From Amoeboaphelidium protococcarum X5 (lineage: Eukaryota; Fungi; Aphelidiomycota): a stretch of DNA of 64,000 bases. Of this stretch, positions 1-13,855 are shown piece after piece. The notes below the pieces were generated by a model. The model saw only the letters and a list, made by a program, of their open reading frames with translations. It made no database searches and was not told the DNA's origin. Numbering within the stretch: the first letter of the stretch is position 1; the number at the start of each line of letters is the position of its first letter. Made by a program: the position numbers and the translations under genes. The stretch covers positions 472,476 through 536,475 of the forward strand of contig JALDTO010000162.1 in the NCBI GenBank assembly GCA_023515725.1, given 5' to 3'.

Positions 1-333
1 TGCATAGAGTGTGTACACCTCTGAAAATGGTTTCTCTAGCGAATCAGATCTTCAATGTAATTTAAGAGATGCTGCAATATCTTAAGTCTGCAGCGTATGC
101 TGGAAAGCACGACTGATGCTTAATTGTAATATCTATACCAATGGTCATGGTGGGAAGTCTTGCGAAGCTGCTCGTATCCTCAGTTAAGAGCAGGTGTAGT
201 ATCGCCGATCAATATATAAAAAAGTCAGCAAGAGATATGAACGTCAGCGAAAAGTCCCTACGTTGTGAACGGAGCCAAGCTAGAATGTCTATGGACGCCT
301 CAAATTATTAAACATACTTTCTTGTCTAATTTC

Positions 334-993
334 TCATATTACGTCAATCGCCCCCGACCTTCGGTCGGCTGCGATATTACATTTTTTCCGAGTACCCGTA
401 TTACCATATTACAAGCCCAAAATCCCAAAAATGATAGAAAAAGCTACAGCGGCGTCATATTCGGCTTAATACGGACACGCGCTTTAATCACAAAACTAGC
501 CATAATAAGGACCTGCACATCCACGCGTGCAATTACCCAATTTAAAATCACATTCACCAAACAAGCAATTCTCAGGACACTTTTTAGAGCAGTCTTAGCT
601 AAAGAAGCCCATTTTGCACTAATTGCATTTTCCAGTAAGCTTATCGCACTCTCCAATGCAGTTCGAGGAACAAGTAACTTCGCATCGATCGCCAAAAAAG
701 CCATCTTGGCATTTCTCACATACTCCAGTGCTTTGATGGCATGAAGAGTCTCCTTAATAAATAATATGACATTTAGCGGGACATTTTCTGTTGCAAAAAT
801 CGACATATTTATTATTCTAGCATCCGTATATGCAAAATCCTTAAAATTTATCACATGTCGGCAATCCGTACTTGTGTTTACAATCTGATGGGCAGTCTTT
901 ATCGCAGTCAACGCCCCATTTACCATTAGCACACTACTCCGCGCCAGCAAAAAGGCTAATCAGAGCTACAATAGCAAATATCACGAATCTCAT
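334..993 (-). CDS. Secreted/membrane Cys-rich EGF-like repeat protein (MEGF10/SCARF-type repeats)
   Basis: Table 6 translation: signal peptide MRFVIFAIVALISLFAGA, then repeats CANGKWGVDCDKDCPSDC, CQDGFFGDRCEVTCSSNC, CKMGFFSQDCSKKCPENC; hydrophobic tail AAVAFSIIFGILG; TGA at 334-336. Confidence 0.7.
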
Positions 994-1122
994 AGTGTCT
1001 TAAATCTAGATATAGCAATATTTAGTGATTCTGTTAGTGATAAAAACTGTAAAAGGGAAAGATCAACGACAATAGAATCAATATATACATTTTAAAACCC
1101 CTGAAGTATTTAAATTAAGTAA

Positions 1123-1689
1123 TCATATATTGAGTAAATCATCAAGAACATCGGTAGGTTCAGGAACTTAAGCCTACTCGGTAGCATCAGCCTTGATTTA
1201 CCTTTTGATAATGGGGGCGCTTGGAACAACTTTGTATTAATAATGAGCGGCAAACTCGCCTCCCAAATTTTACACTTGCTAAAGACTATCCACCTAATCT
1301 AGCTTTTCAAACATTTATCTATCCCATTGAGTTTACTGCTGCCACTTGGACACCTTCTCAGAGTGCTACTACTTCAACTACTCCTATTCTAGTTGTAAAT
1401 GATGCAATAAGTCCTTTTAAGCCTGTATTTGTTGCAATTTCTACTGCTTACTCTGTGTCGCTTTATGAGGCACAGCATTCTATCCTTTACTATTTCCGTC
1501 ATTCAAATCAGAGACAGACAGAGGAGAGAGAATCTCATCCATATAAACATGATTCCGCTTGTACCGAATTGCCGCAATATCTCTCACCGTTATGTGGTCC
1601 AATTCATCACAACCTTATTCCTGTACAAAATGATGTCGCTATTACTACTGCTTCATCTATTACACGTTCTAAGGCTATGGCAAAGTCAT
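1123..1689 (-). CDS. Small Gln-rich coiled-coil protein with a SMARCE1(BAF57)/Ssr4-like 'NHRLI' motif, putative SWI/SNF subunit
   Basis: 189 codons ATG..TGA in table 6; contains DELDHITVRDIAAIRYKRNHVYMDEILSP followed by a Q-rich helix. Confidence 0.5.
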
Positions 1690-1891
1690 TTACAATTCTA
1701 TTTATATTCCGCAGTGTATAATTCAAATAGTTATACGATGAATGCGAGTTTCTCTTAGGTGAGTTTTAAAGACAGAAGAGAGAGAGAGAGGCGCGCGAGA
1801 GAGTAAATGCTTCAACTAAAGAACACCAAAATTTCATCGCATTTATTCAATCATTCATTGTTTTCACTAAAAGTCATTTCATTATAATCAA

Positions 1892-2845
1892 TCAGAAATC
1901 TTTAATCCATTGGGACAGTCTGGAGTGATTTCTTGTCTCTGGATAATCTTAACCAGTAAGCACCGAGTCGTTAGGCATAGACCCGCGCTACTAGTTGCGA
2001 TACGTTTCAAAGTTTCCAAATTGGACCTGGCCTGAACGTTGACAGTACTCCTGCTCCTACTGGGATCCCTTCTCAAAATGTAGAAAGCAGCACCTTCTGC
2101 CATATTTGCATATTCCCTCCTCGTAGAATGATCTGCACACCTCAGTCTTGTAGCGTGGATGTCTTTTCACCAGTCTCAACTCTGCGCGATCATGGGCGAA
2201 TAAGCACCTGGTGCCAAATTTACACTTGCCAGTCTCTTCAAAGGCGCGACACATCTCAGTCTTGTACAGTATCACTTTCTTCTCATCCTTGTACGCTTCA
2301 TCTGAAATGTAAGGCTTCTTCTCGTGTCCAAGCGAGAAAGATCTTGCCTTGCCACCCTTCAACGAAGTTGGCCACGGACGGCCGTCTTCGAATGCTCCCG
2401 TAGAAGAGATGGGATCAACAGAGCCATTGACAGACGCGTGATTATCAACTGCTGGAATCTCGCCATCTTCCAAAGAAGCTTGACGATGAAAGACTCTGAG
2501 CAGCTGCTCTTCTTGATACTTGGACAATTTCCTGAGCCATAGTTCATCATCTTCAGGATCAGACTCAAGAAGGCCTTCAGGTAGGAAATACTGCGGATGG
2601 TCCTGAGTTTCACACTGAACTTGATGACTTTCAGCCAGCTAGCGACGCGCAAACTGATGGCGAGAGTCTGTCAGAGGACTTTACTGCAATTCTTACGCGT
2701 TGGCAGATGGATCATCATTGAATGGAGATATTAAGCTTTGATCAAGCGGCGTGTGATCGAGGCAATCACCGTTTGTTGCAACTGAAACAATCGTAATCTC
2801 ATTAGTCACCTCTTCAGGAATATCTTTTAAAATAGCTCTCATCAT
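1892..2845 (-). CDS. Tandem CCCH zinc-finger mRNA decay factor (TIS11/ZFP36/Cth family)
   Basis: LYKTEMCRAFEETGKCKFGTRCLFAH ... RHPRYKTEVCRSFYEEGICKYGRRCCFLH; continuous ATG 2845 to TGA 1892 in table 6. Confidence 0.92.
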
Positions 2846-3627
2846 TTTGATTACTCAAATGTTATAAATGGAGGAGAAGGAGTTGGATTAGGAGGACATT
2901 GAGGTGATAGTTCATAATTCGATTTATCAAACCGGTAGCCACCAATGAGATTCGTATTGATCTAACGCTGAAATTCGATTTTATCAATCAGCAAGTGAGC
3001 GTCGACTTTCATCTCAAGATATCCACCATAAACACAGCACTTCGTGATGAATTGCAAAAGAAATAAAGCTTTTTAAATAATTATGGCCAGAAATCCAGCA
3101 ACTACATTACATTCATTTAAGTTGACACACCACTGTACTTACTGTACATACAATTTAGTCAAGTTTAATGTCATTAGGTAAGCCCCGGAATCGCTGATTT
3201 TTGTGCCAATTTAACAAACTCAAAAGCTCCATTGAAGTACGATAATATTCTGTCACGTTTTCTGTATTTAAGAGCACACTTCTCGACATTCTTAACTTAT
3301 CACGCATACTTTTAAGGAGAATTGTTTCCGCAATAAACTTCAGAGATTGACATTTTACTTGATTACTGTAACCATCCTCTTCCTGTGTATCCTAATTTTT
3401 GGCAGGATATCAACTGTATACGAACACAGCGCGACAAAAATATAATTATAAAATCCGTTCATAATGACGCGTCTAAATACACTTTATAAAGAATTTTTAA
3501 TCGGTTTGACATCGGTAAATGACTCCTTCATCTAGGGACGAAATACATCTCTCTATTTATCTCTTTTTCTATCTACTGTAATCACATTATATAAGTGACA
3601 TAAAGTACTTCGTAAATTTTTTGTAAA

Positions 3628-4119
3628 ATGAATTCTGAATAAATTTCTAAAGAGTTTGAGAAATTGCATGTTCTTATTGAAAACCTCACTGAGGAAGTAC
3701 GCGAATTAAAAGCTGAGCTTGGTAAAATCAAAGTAAGAGACCTGCTTAAATCTTTCCAAGCTTTGTTCACGTATAGATTTGCTTCACTGGTTGGGAAATA
3801 TTACGCATTTGAGGTTGAACGCAATCCTGGTTTATGGTACGAGTCTTCTGTAAATCTAAGTGCCCATGTGAAGGCTGTCATTGAAGCTGTGAAACGCGCG
3901 GTTGAAACTGATTAGATAAAGGAGATTGTTGAACAGAAACGCGCATTTGATGAGCGCTGCGGCCATGATTGTTTGCGAGTCGCCGAGTACCGATTTTACT
4001 CTCAATTTAATGAGATGGAAACGGCAAACCGCTCGCCCACGAGTCCCTTTCACACAGTAATCAGCAATGTGGGTCTGATCAGAATTCCTAATCAGATTCC
4101 CCTTTCGTATTTGCTCTGA
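3628..4119 (+). CDS. Hypothetical protein with N-terminal coiled coil, possibly degenerate
   Basis: Open ATG..TGA in table 6 (164 codons); no recognised motif. Confidence 0.3.
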
Positions 4120-4689
4120 AAATTGCGAAGCTGTCAATACTGTGATTACAGTACTGCATGACAGTCACCAAGTTCCCGCTTGCTACATGATTACTGTGCT
4201 TCCGTAGAAATGCTTTGATACATCCCAATTCGAGAAGATCAGCGAGCCAAATCAGCAGTCATTGACAAATCCTACACGTATATGGTTATGAACAATTCTA
4301 GACAGACAAAATGTAAAACTTGACCTTCGTATTAGCATTTATTGATTTCAGACATGCGTACAATTAGAAGAAACTAACGAAGAAGAGAGAAAATAAGTGC
4401 TTAGATATCGCAGCGCCAGCGCAAGATCAAACTGGTCGGTGATGAGATCATTGTTCGCATCACTCAAACGTAAAGTTGTGCCTTATGGACAACCTTATGA
4501 CTAACGCACCGACAGTAAACAGTAAAACAGTAAAAAGCGAGAGCGCGAGAGGAGGAAGAATGAAACGCGCTCGTGTCGATAATACCAATGACAACGACGA
4601 CACAAACGCTGAAACAATATAACACTGTAATCTTTATCCCCCACTCACATCCGCTATTATTTATTTAGTGTAGAATAGGCTTCAGAATT

Positions 4690-4784
4690 CTAATCATATA
4701 ATATACCTACATTGTAAGTATATAGATAGAAAATAAATAAATAGGTAGGTACCTACATTGTAAGTAGGTATATTATATGATTAG
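4690..4784. repeat. Perfect 21-bp inverted repeat enclosing a 17-bp direct repeat (MITE-like/hairpin)
   Basis: CTAATCATATAATATACCTAC (4690-4710) is the reverse complement of 4764-4784; TACCTACATTGTAAGTA occurs at 4704-4720 and 4750-4766. Confidence 0.85.
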
Positions 4785-5134
4785 GCTACTGCAATAATCA
4801 ATCTGTTGACACCAAACTCTAAACACGTTGCGAGTGTGTCAGTGACAGGCATTCTTAAAGAGGAATTTGTGAATAAGGATAGCTGTACACCAAAAGGAAA
4901 ATCTACTCCCCGCGTGCTCGGCCTAAAGTCTCAGTTGGCTGGATAGGTACTGCCTTATTCTAATTAAACATCCACTCCGAAATAAAAGCGGCTCTTGACG
5001 CGTCAAACTGCTTATATTGAGTACGATAGTCCGGTGCAAAAATCTCCCTCTCTGAAAGCTAAAGCGTAATATATGATTTGAGAAACAATAAGACAAATTA
5101 GTTTGCATTAAATCAAATTATAACTGCGTAACAT

Positions 5135-5869
5135 TCAATTACAACATACCTTAAGTTGATTTGCGACAGCGTCGTAAAGTATTTGCATCCTAGCAAAATT
5201 GGATTGCATTTTCTGATTCGCTATTTATAGTAACCACTCAAGATACTAGTCAGTCACCATCAATCGACGCGTTCCATCAGCTGTAATGTTTCCAATAGGT
5301 ACATCCAGCTTCATAGTGTGTCTAATCCCCACCATAACTCTTGATTTGGACAATGTCAAGCCGGAATTACGATACCCGGCTTGCAGTGCAATTTTAAGCA
5401 ATGCTTCACCATTTTAAACACTGTCAGCTTCCACATGAAGAACAAAGGGCTCCATCTTGAAATATATGACAGACTCAAAATTTTGTCCACTTCCACTAGG
5501 AAGCTTCATAAGCTCTATAACACTACTAGAATCATCAACCAGATCATGCGACGCGTAAATCCATTCAGAAGCCTTCTTCTTCATTTTATTATTCTCTGAG
5601 CTGTTAGAATCTGATGGTTATGCAACTATTGATATCCTTCCTGAACAACTACATTAACAATTCAAATACGGTTTATATTATCATAATCATCGCTTCATTA
5701 AAATAACAAAAGCTAACCTCGAAGTTGTGACAAATTAATTCATATCATTGAGCAAGTTTACTATGGGTAACGCGTGAACATCAATTGACTACTTCACAGA
5801 TTTATCATTGTCGTCTATAGATTTGAGAATTTCAACCTTCCTCTAATTGAATGGAATCTATCCAGTCAT
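5135..5869 (-). CDS. TYW3: tRNA wybutosine-synthesizing methyltransferase TYW3 (one intron)
   Basis: FVTTS/SCSGRISIV split by a GT-AG intron; FKMEPFVLHV, AGYRNSG, VMVGIR, YLEWLLQIANQKMQSN. 3' end approximate. Confidence 0.88.
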
Positions 5870-6042
5870 GATTTATACGTGATATAATAATTATGCGCTT
5901 TAATGACTGCAATAAAAAGAAACTTGATACGTTGAGATTGAATATGAAAATTGTAAAATCTTCAACTAGCCGTTTGATAAAGCAGTACAGGTTGATTAAC
6001 TAACGAAAATGTTTCCAATATAACATTATGTATTGTGTAATA

Positions 6043-7216
6043 TCACGACTTCAAAGCCTAATCTTCTCTGGCATAATAGAACGTGATAAATGCAAAAGCT
6101 ATGAACCCCAAAGCCCCGACAATCGTAACTACAAGGCAAATCAATAATGCTTGACACGATTAAATCTTAAGATCATGATTGAAAAACAACTTACCTGTCC
6201 GTATAGAGATCTTCGACGCGAGTAATCTTCCGCCGAGAACAGCCGCGCCGGTGCAGAGACAATGTGCGATGGACGCGCCGAGTGAAACAAACACGAAATC
6301 TTCAGACGCGGCCAGCGCGATCGTTGCGATTTATGATCTGTCACCCCATTCGGCGAGGAAAGTCATCACAAATGTCTGCACAAAGACGGGAGTGAGTAGA
6401 AGAGAGGCCAAGTTCTGGAGTGAAGTCAGCACACTCACGTTCTTGCTCTTCATTGAATGGTCCAGTACGCCATCATCGTCATCATACACGTTTCCTTCCT
6501 CCACCGTCTAATCGTCAATCTTCTTGCCGGCTCTCTGCATCTCCTGCAACTCTTCCTCAACTTCAGACATCTCTTTGCTAGTTTCATCGCCCGTCATCTC
6601 ATATCCTTCCTACATTATTCACGTACGATAATAGTTCACATACACGTCCACAATCAAAGTAGTAGATACCTTGAGCATTTTCAAGCCAAAGACAAGAAAC
6701 AATATTCCCGCCAACCACTAGGTAACTGATCTAGGAATTAAATTTGGCACCGCGTAGCCCAGCGCGGCACTCAATACAGTCATTAGAACGAGTGCAGATG
6801 AAGCACCAAGAAAGACAATCATTCTAGGATTCCTCATGGCCAGAATCGCTGCAATAATAAAAGTTTTATCTCCAATTTCAGACATTGTTATGACCATGAA
6901 CGCGGCTGTGAACGACTTGTACTTGTTAATCTCCTTCACCGGACCATCATTTAACGGACCTCCTTACAACTGAATCTCGCGAGCCTTGATGACTTCCGTT
7001 TATGCAGACACCTAAACTTAATAATAACGTGTTATACATTGGACGTATAGATGAACAAAAGATTAAAGTTACTTCAGGTTCAGCGAGAATATTCTTGATT
7101 GGCTCTAGCGATACTTTGTCAAATTCAAGATCAATGTCTTACCGTGAGTTGGTGTTCAGAGACTGCGCATAACCAAATAAAACAATTATAAGAATAGAAA
7201 GGATTTTTAGCTTCAT
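6043..7216 (-). CDS. GDT1: GDT1/TMEM165 (UPF0016) Ca2+/Mn2+ transporter, about two introns
   Basis: Both family motifs present: MSEIGDKTFIIAAILAM and TFLAEWGDRSQIATIALAA; N-terminal signal peptide. Confidence 0.92.
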
Positions 7217-7761
7217 CTTTACCAAACTTATTAAAATTTCCGGTAAAGTTTAATGTGACGCCAAGTAGGTAGGAAATCAACTACAGTTAGAGAAGCTTTT
7301 CAATGGCGGAACGCTCGAAGAAAATGAAAACTTTTCTTGAAACGTGACGCGCAAAGGCTCAAAAGATTCGGAGCATCTGGGCGGTCACCCAAGAGAATAT
7401 TCAACGTTCACTCATCGTTTTTTAATCTAATTAAAGTTGCTTGTAGTCTTCTGATAGAAGGAGTGGTCAAGTTGATATTTTCTGCTATCTAAAGCCTGCA
7501 GAGTATAAAAGTTTCATCTTGTAACTTTAGGCTATTTTTAAACGCTCATATCCTCATCAAAGTCGAAATTGTGAATTTTTGAATTGAATCTTGTTCTTTC
7601 CTCTCAGGCCTTTACTGTAAATCATTAATCTACTTTAAGTTGAGGTGATTTTGTAATTTAATTTGAGTGTACATATCTCTGAATACTCTGTCTATTGCCT
7701 CGTCTACCTTGTCATTAGATCATAGCATCTTCCATAGATTTATATATTCAATCATATACAA

Positions 7762-9036
7762 ATGGCGGTGGATGATAAATATGTTGGGCTAATACTTGCT
7801 CTGTCCTCTTCCGTGCTGATCGGTGCCTCTTATATAATTACAAAAAAGGGACTCATTGCATCTAGATCTCATCACGGTGGTGGCGGTACTGATAGCTATG
7901 GGTACTTGAGCAATAGTTTATGGTGGGTGGGAATGATTGTGATGGTTGGCGGTGAACTGGCTAATTTTGCGGCGTACTCCTTTGCACCGGCTATTTTGGT
8001 CACTCCGCTTGGAGCTCTGTCCGTCCTGATAAGTGCTCTGCTGGCTCAATTCTTTTTGGGTGAACAACTGGGTCGCGATGGTATTATTGGTAGTGCGCTG
8101 TCACTTATTGGCTCGCTTATCATCATTCTCCATGCGCCGGAAGAGAAGAAGGTGGAGTCTATCAATGAGATGCTGTAATATGCACTGCAGCCTGGTTTCC
8201 TTATATATATGATCCTATCTACTTCCATATCGGTATTACTCATCTATCATTACGCGCCAAAGTATGGGAAGCGGAATCCGCTTGTGTACATCTCCATCTG
8301 CTCTCTGGTCGGCAGTATCACTGTTATGGCTTGTAAAGCGTTTGGTATTGCTCTTAAACTCACCTTCTCCGGTAACAATCAGTTCGTGTATCCATCCACC
8401 TACCTGTTTATTATAGTCGTTGTGACGTGTATTGTCACGTAGATGAATTACTTCAACAAGGCTCTGGATCTCTTCTCCACTAACATTGTCACTCCGATCT
8501 ATTATGTGTTTTTTACAACTGCCACCATATCTGCCAGTGTGATACTATTCCAAGGAATATCGGATACATCTGGAAATGATTTGACCAGTATATTCTGTGG
8601 ATTTTTGACTATATTTATTGGTGTCTTTTTGTTGAACACGCCCAAGACTGCTGGCGGTAATTTGAGATCCAGAGCTAATAGTCGATCGCACCATAGCTCG
8701 GCTTTAGATATTATCAAGAGTCCATTTGTTTCCACGTATGGTCAGAATCCGGACAGGTTTTAAACTCTGAAAGATGATGTTGATTTTCTCGAAGATGAAG
8801 AAGATTCGAATCTGAATGGGGGCGGGAAACTGTATACTAATGGATTGGCTGTGACTGGTCTGAATGACACGGACAATATTAGTTATAACAATAATGAAGA
8901 TGATGAATTGGTTATTGGAGATGATGGTCTGCTCATAGTGCGGCATGAAGTTCCATTGAAATAGTCAGACTCGGAAAGTACAAGTCGCAACGATAGCAGA
9001 AATGATAGCCGAAGTCCTTTGAGGCCATAGCGTTGA
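7762..9036 (+). CDS. NIPA-family magnesium transporter
   Basis: KYVGLILALSSS, ANFAAYSFAPAILVTPLGALSV, IVT(TAG=Q)MNYFNKALDLF; three standard-code ORF pieces join in frame, TGA 9034-9036. Confidence 0.95.
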
Positions 9037-9268
9037 GATAGTTCCTTACCTATTGCCATGATTTCCATGCTGGTTGTTGATGTCGTTCTTCATACTACTC
9101 ATATCTCTGAGTTTTGTTTAAAATCCCCACTATCAATAGAATCATTACTTAATGCATGTTGCATCGAATTTTATATTTTAATCAAAATAACATTGCTGTT
9201 AAAGGTTTACTCATCTACGCAATACAATTATAAAGCATAGCATAAAAAGGCGCGATAATTTTCTGAAA

Positions 9269-11647
9269 TCATATCATTCCGAATCCTTCTGCATTTTATA
9301 AGGCAGTCAGCAGTTTATCTTTCAACTTGTCTGAGCTAGAGTACTCCGGTAGGAGGAGCACATTAAAACATGTGTGGGAACTTGGTAATCGCTCCGAGTC
9401 AGGACCACTTTTAGTGATAGTGAAGCCGAGTTTACTGAATCCATGTACAGGAACTCTATCAGTGCCAGTGGTAAAGAACAGTAAACGCTTCTTCTACTCA
9501 GTATCTAGATTAACCGCCACATCCCAGAATAGAGATACGACTGGAGAGTCGGCCGCATACCCACCATCGTACTAAGTGTGTTTACGAAGTTCATTGAAAT
9601 CGAGATCGAGTGTACCGCAGATAAGCAACTCCATTTCCAACGGATGGAACAGTGAGATCGCGCTTCCCTAACACACCGACCAGAAACCGTCTGCGAATGA
9701 CTGGAACAACATGTCACAGGACTTGTTGAAAATGAAATCCACGTACAATTACACAAATTGCTCCCTATTATCATTCATCAAATCTATAGACTGTCCATTC
9801 GGGAGAAGTTCATTTTGATGAGTTTAATCAAAGACTGAGAAATCAACAGCGAATGATCTATCATACACGTCCTTAACATCTCCATCTTTAAAATCCAATA
9901 AATCTTCCATTGATTTGCCAAGTATAGGATCGTATTACAGGAGATCATCCAATGAAGGTTTCAGCCCACTCAATTTCTTATATAAAGCCACTGGAAATTA
10001 CACATCCAGTATGACACTATTGTATATTGCGAGTCCAATCAATCGGCCAATCAGGCAAACTTCTTCAAGTAAAACCTTATCAACATGGCTCTGAAGAAGC
10101 GTTGACTTTGTGAACCAATATAGGCCACTGTCTTCCTATCGCTCAAAGATACCATACATTGGGTCCATCAACTCTCTAAAGATTAATTGAAAAAATTCCT
10201 TCTACACACCTCGTTCATCTACACCTTCTTCTCCAATGAATTGAACTTTGAGCTGCTTCTTCAAGTCCTATTTCCGCCGAGGTTCCAGTTAAAACATTGC
10301 GTCTCTTACAATACTATCTCTGCGCACCTCAATAATCAAGTAGGGACTATTGACACCTGCGAACATGGCTCTGAAAAACGAATCTTGCAATTCATGTCGC
10401 ATCTACACCATAGACTCCACTTTCAGAATATCACTCTTTGTCGAGACATTCAATATCCAGGGATGATTGCAGAAGGAGAATCCCTCCTTGGCTTTATAAT
10501 GAGGGAAATCTTCTTTAATTTCCAGATATTCATTTACAATTTTGTTGTACCAAATTTACAGTCGAGAATCCCCACTACTATTGCTGCTCATTGAGTCTTA
10601 ATTGAGATTTTCTGTATTAAAAGGAACCAACTCGGAAAACTTATCACTCCAGCACTAGTGAAATAAACCAAGAACCATAACAGCATTTCGTAAAGCTTCA
10701 TCCTTATTTATAACAACAGCGCCACTTGAACTATCAGCAGAGAGAACAACTTTTAAATCTATGATCTCCTTAACTCTTTGCGAGATGAACCTTTGCAACG
10801 GTGTAATAAAGCGCATGAAGCATCGCCCAGTGAGCTTTACTTCATCCAGAATCTCCTAGTTCGATCTAGAAATGTAATTATGCTGATGAAGATGACTCTA
10901 TAATTTCTCAGAGGAGACTTGATTTTAGATAATATTAATAAACGCCAGCGAAAGATCATGCGATTTAACTACAATTCTTGCTAATACTTGCAGCACATGA
11001 ATAGTCAAGTCATAACTCTGGCCAGACATGGAATCTGCATTGAGTTGACATATCATAAATAAAATAATCATCAATGAATTAATATTATCGGCCCTTATAG
11101 ACATTTCCGTATTCTCAACATTACTGTAAAGCATCACTTTGTCCAACAATATAGTAAGCACTTTGATGATGATCGAGCTATTATCTGCTTGTCTGAGTAA
11201 ATGCTAAAGCTATTAGACTTCGACATCAATCTTATGAACAATAGAATCTCTAATAAATCCGTCCGACACTGATTTGATATCTTTAAACATTCGGTTAATA
11301 ATTGACTCCTTCTAATTATTCTGAGCAAGTTGCAGACAATGACATAGAGCTTCAATTCCATACACATTATCAGGGATTTAGGGAGGTATTTCAACAAGAC
11401 TACTTGCTTGAGCAGCAACTTCTTATTAAACAGCTTAAGCAATTGATCCAGAAGAGGATAAGCAGATGAACTATGGACCTTATTCCGCCAACTCCTATGC
11501 AATTTCAAGAATTTCCTCGTCAGGCATTGACTTGAATTCCGTAGATGGATTGGAAGCACAAAATGAGTTGGTACAGCCAGAATTCTACCTGCATCCAATT
11601 CTTAGTTAATAGAAATATTTCTCCTTCAATTATTATGAATACTACAT
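9269..11647 (-). CDS. UBE3A: HECT E3 ubiquitin ligase, UBE3A/E6AP-like with N-terminal AZUL zinc finger
   Basis: N-term [25 protein letters not shown] (AZUL); C-term [35 protein letters not shown]; 793 codons from ATG to TGA. Confidence 0.88.
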
Positions 11648-11837
11648 CTGTGCACTATGGACACTTATGGTATGATGCTCAGAACGTGGGATGTTTCACT
11701 AGACGTTGGTCACAATGGGGGAAAGAATGAATATTTTGTTTCCGAAACAAATGGGGAGGAGAATTGAATGAAACAACTAACCGCTTATAAAGTACTGTAA
11801 AACAACGCCTTTTTTATTGAAACCATCATTATTATCA

Positions 11838-12942
11838 TCACTGACTCATAATAGTATTTACACTATTTTCTAACTAAGGCCCTTATTTCCGGGATTTAGA
11901 CCGGGCTTAATTAACATCCTTGGCTTGTTAAGACGAAATCAATGCACTTTGAAGACGCGTCATTATTGTCAAATCGACCTGATAACGTGCCAGTTTCAAA
12001 AGTCTTGAGCACTACACAGTTTTAATTACAATGAGTCATACAAATGCAGGAACAACTTACCGCTATAGATTCTCTCAATGTGATAGAAGCGTAAATCAAC
12101 ACACTAATAGCTACTCTGCTTGGGAGCTATGATTTAAAGATATCTTCCATTTACATAACTTGAGTCAGGTACGTCTACAAATTACACTAGAGAGATTAGG
12201 AAAAAACACTAACAAATAATCTACTATTTGACACATACCGTCGCCATGTTGTAAAGATTAGACTTCACATTGATGCCAATCTTTTGAGAATACACGCCCA
12301 AGAATGTGTATGCTGTCGGGAATGTAACTCGATAATCCTACACCATTAGCGGTTAAACGCGTCTGCATTCAGACATCTTCATCAATATAATATTATTACC
12401 AGCTCTTTCAAAATTATCTGCTCTGCATTCAGAATATCCGCAGATGTGATGGATAATACTTCAGTTGAATATTAAGCGCATAGATCAACAAGAGTAGATA
12501 ATTTTGGCAAAGTCACTTCTTCGACTTTCACGGCAATATTAACTGCAGCTATAGCAATAATTCGGTAATCTCTTTAATGATATATTTTTGAATATTCGGA
12601 GGAACTGAAACGATCTATAATAGACATGGAGAGATAAAACGTTTCTGGCCTGAGATTCAACTTGTCAGATATATGGGAGACTAGAGCAATCTTTTGTGAT
12701 CGATATTGATCTCTTTCCATATTCGCATGTTGCATAAGATACGTTTCAAGTCTATACAAGTGTTATGTAATAGCATTCTCATATTCGCTCGTGACCAACT
12801 CAGCGGCATATTAATCTCGTTGAAGATATCCAGTTTTCGAGCCAGGATCTTTTGCATAATCATTAGATTTATAGTAAGATTTTTCTCCATCTTTATGGCG
12901 ACCTTTCACCAAAAAGTCCAAGCAGCAAAAGAGTCCAAACAT
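11838..12942 (-). CDS. Cyclin (cyclin-box protein), about three introns
   Basis: LRPETFYLSMSIIDRF, IAIAAVNIAVKVEE, ILNAEQIILKEL/DYRVTFPTAYTFL across a GT..AG intron; alternative start at 13008. Confidence 0.8.
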
Positions 12943-13098
12943 TGTGATTTTTATATACAGTACCTTAAGATTTACAGTGATGCCAGAGTTGTAAAAATTA
13001 AAAGACAATGGATATTAGCAACTGATGGCGACGATCAAAACAATTATTTGAGACAATCTGCTGAAACAACAATTAACCAATGCCGTTCATGTATTGCG

Positions 13099-13760
13099 TC
13101 ATGATAGGGAACTCCTCCGCCAGCGGCGATTAAAGCCGTCCGCATTAACAGAATAACGCGACGACCTGAAGTTTGCCATAAATATATATCTCTGCCCCTT
13201 GTCTTTAATGCTAATAGAGCTTGTCTTTACATTCTGCAAGATGTGCCAAAAGCACAATGCGTGGTTTACTCCATCGTATTCTTTCAATGATCGCTGCAGA
13301 GCCAAATCCTTGTCGGAGTAAACAGCTTAACGATTTGAGTGCAAAGCAGACTTTGTTAATGAGCGGCGTTGGGAGTCCGTGCGCAACTTGTACCTCAAAG
13401 TTTTGACAAATATATGGTAACAAAAAGCATCGGGATTTAAGAGCTATATCAAACAATATACTTTTACATGAATAATGAAATAATTCAACAACTCTCACAA
13501 TCGGATGACAGCAAGTAATGTGTTTAGAAGTGATCGCGATTAGACTCTTCTTGATTAAATGTGTCAACCGCGACACCAACAGGAAAGCCGCCATCACTAT
13601 CACTACAAGAGTCATTCTCTTGCTCATCTGAGCCTGTCGCTGGTTCAATAAAGTCAGCCAACTATTGCACTCTCACCTCTTGATAAACCATAGTTCCGTC
13701 TTCGGCTTCACCACACTTAAAACGTGGGATGATACGCCCAACATCCTAGGAAACATGATG
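13099..13760 (-). pseudogene. Mutator-like (MULE) transposase fragment
   Basis: VYSDKDLALQRSLKEYDGVNHALCFWHILQNVK is the MULE second-Asp plus CxxH motif; in-frame TGA after 'RRSSLS' and broken upstream frames. Boundaries approximate. Confidence 0.7.
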
Positions 13761-13855
13761 TTCTTCTTCACTGCGTTCATCATTGAAATCATCATAATTA
13801 TCTTCTTAATTACTACGGCGCGCCCTTTTACTGGGCCTCACTTTATCAATGCTAT

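Noticed and set aside
265-1758. ORF-track calls 265..744(+), 444..950(-), 1221..1721(+), 1429..1758(+) and similar shadow ORFs elsewhere (e.g. 36371..36883, 44605..44988)
   Set aside because: They are antisense or off-frame shadows of real table-6 genes.
4800-5110. Apparent PIF1/Helitron helicase fragment
   Set aside because: The adjacent sequence turned out to be TYW3, and no helicase motif held up on translation.
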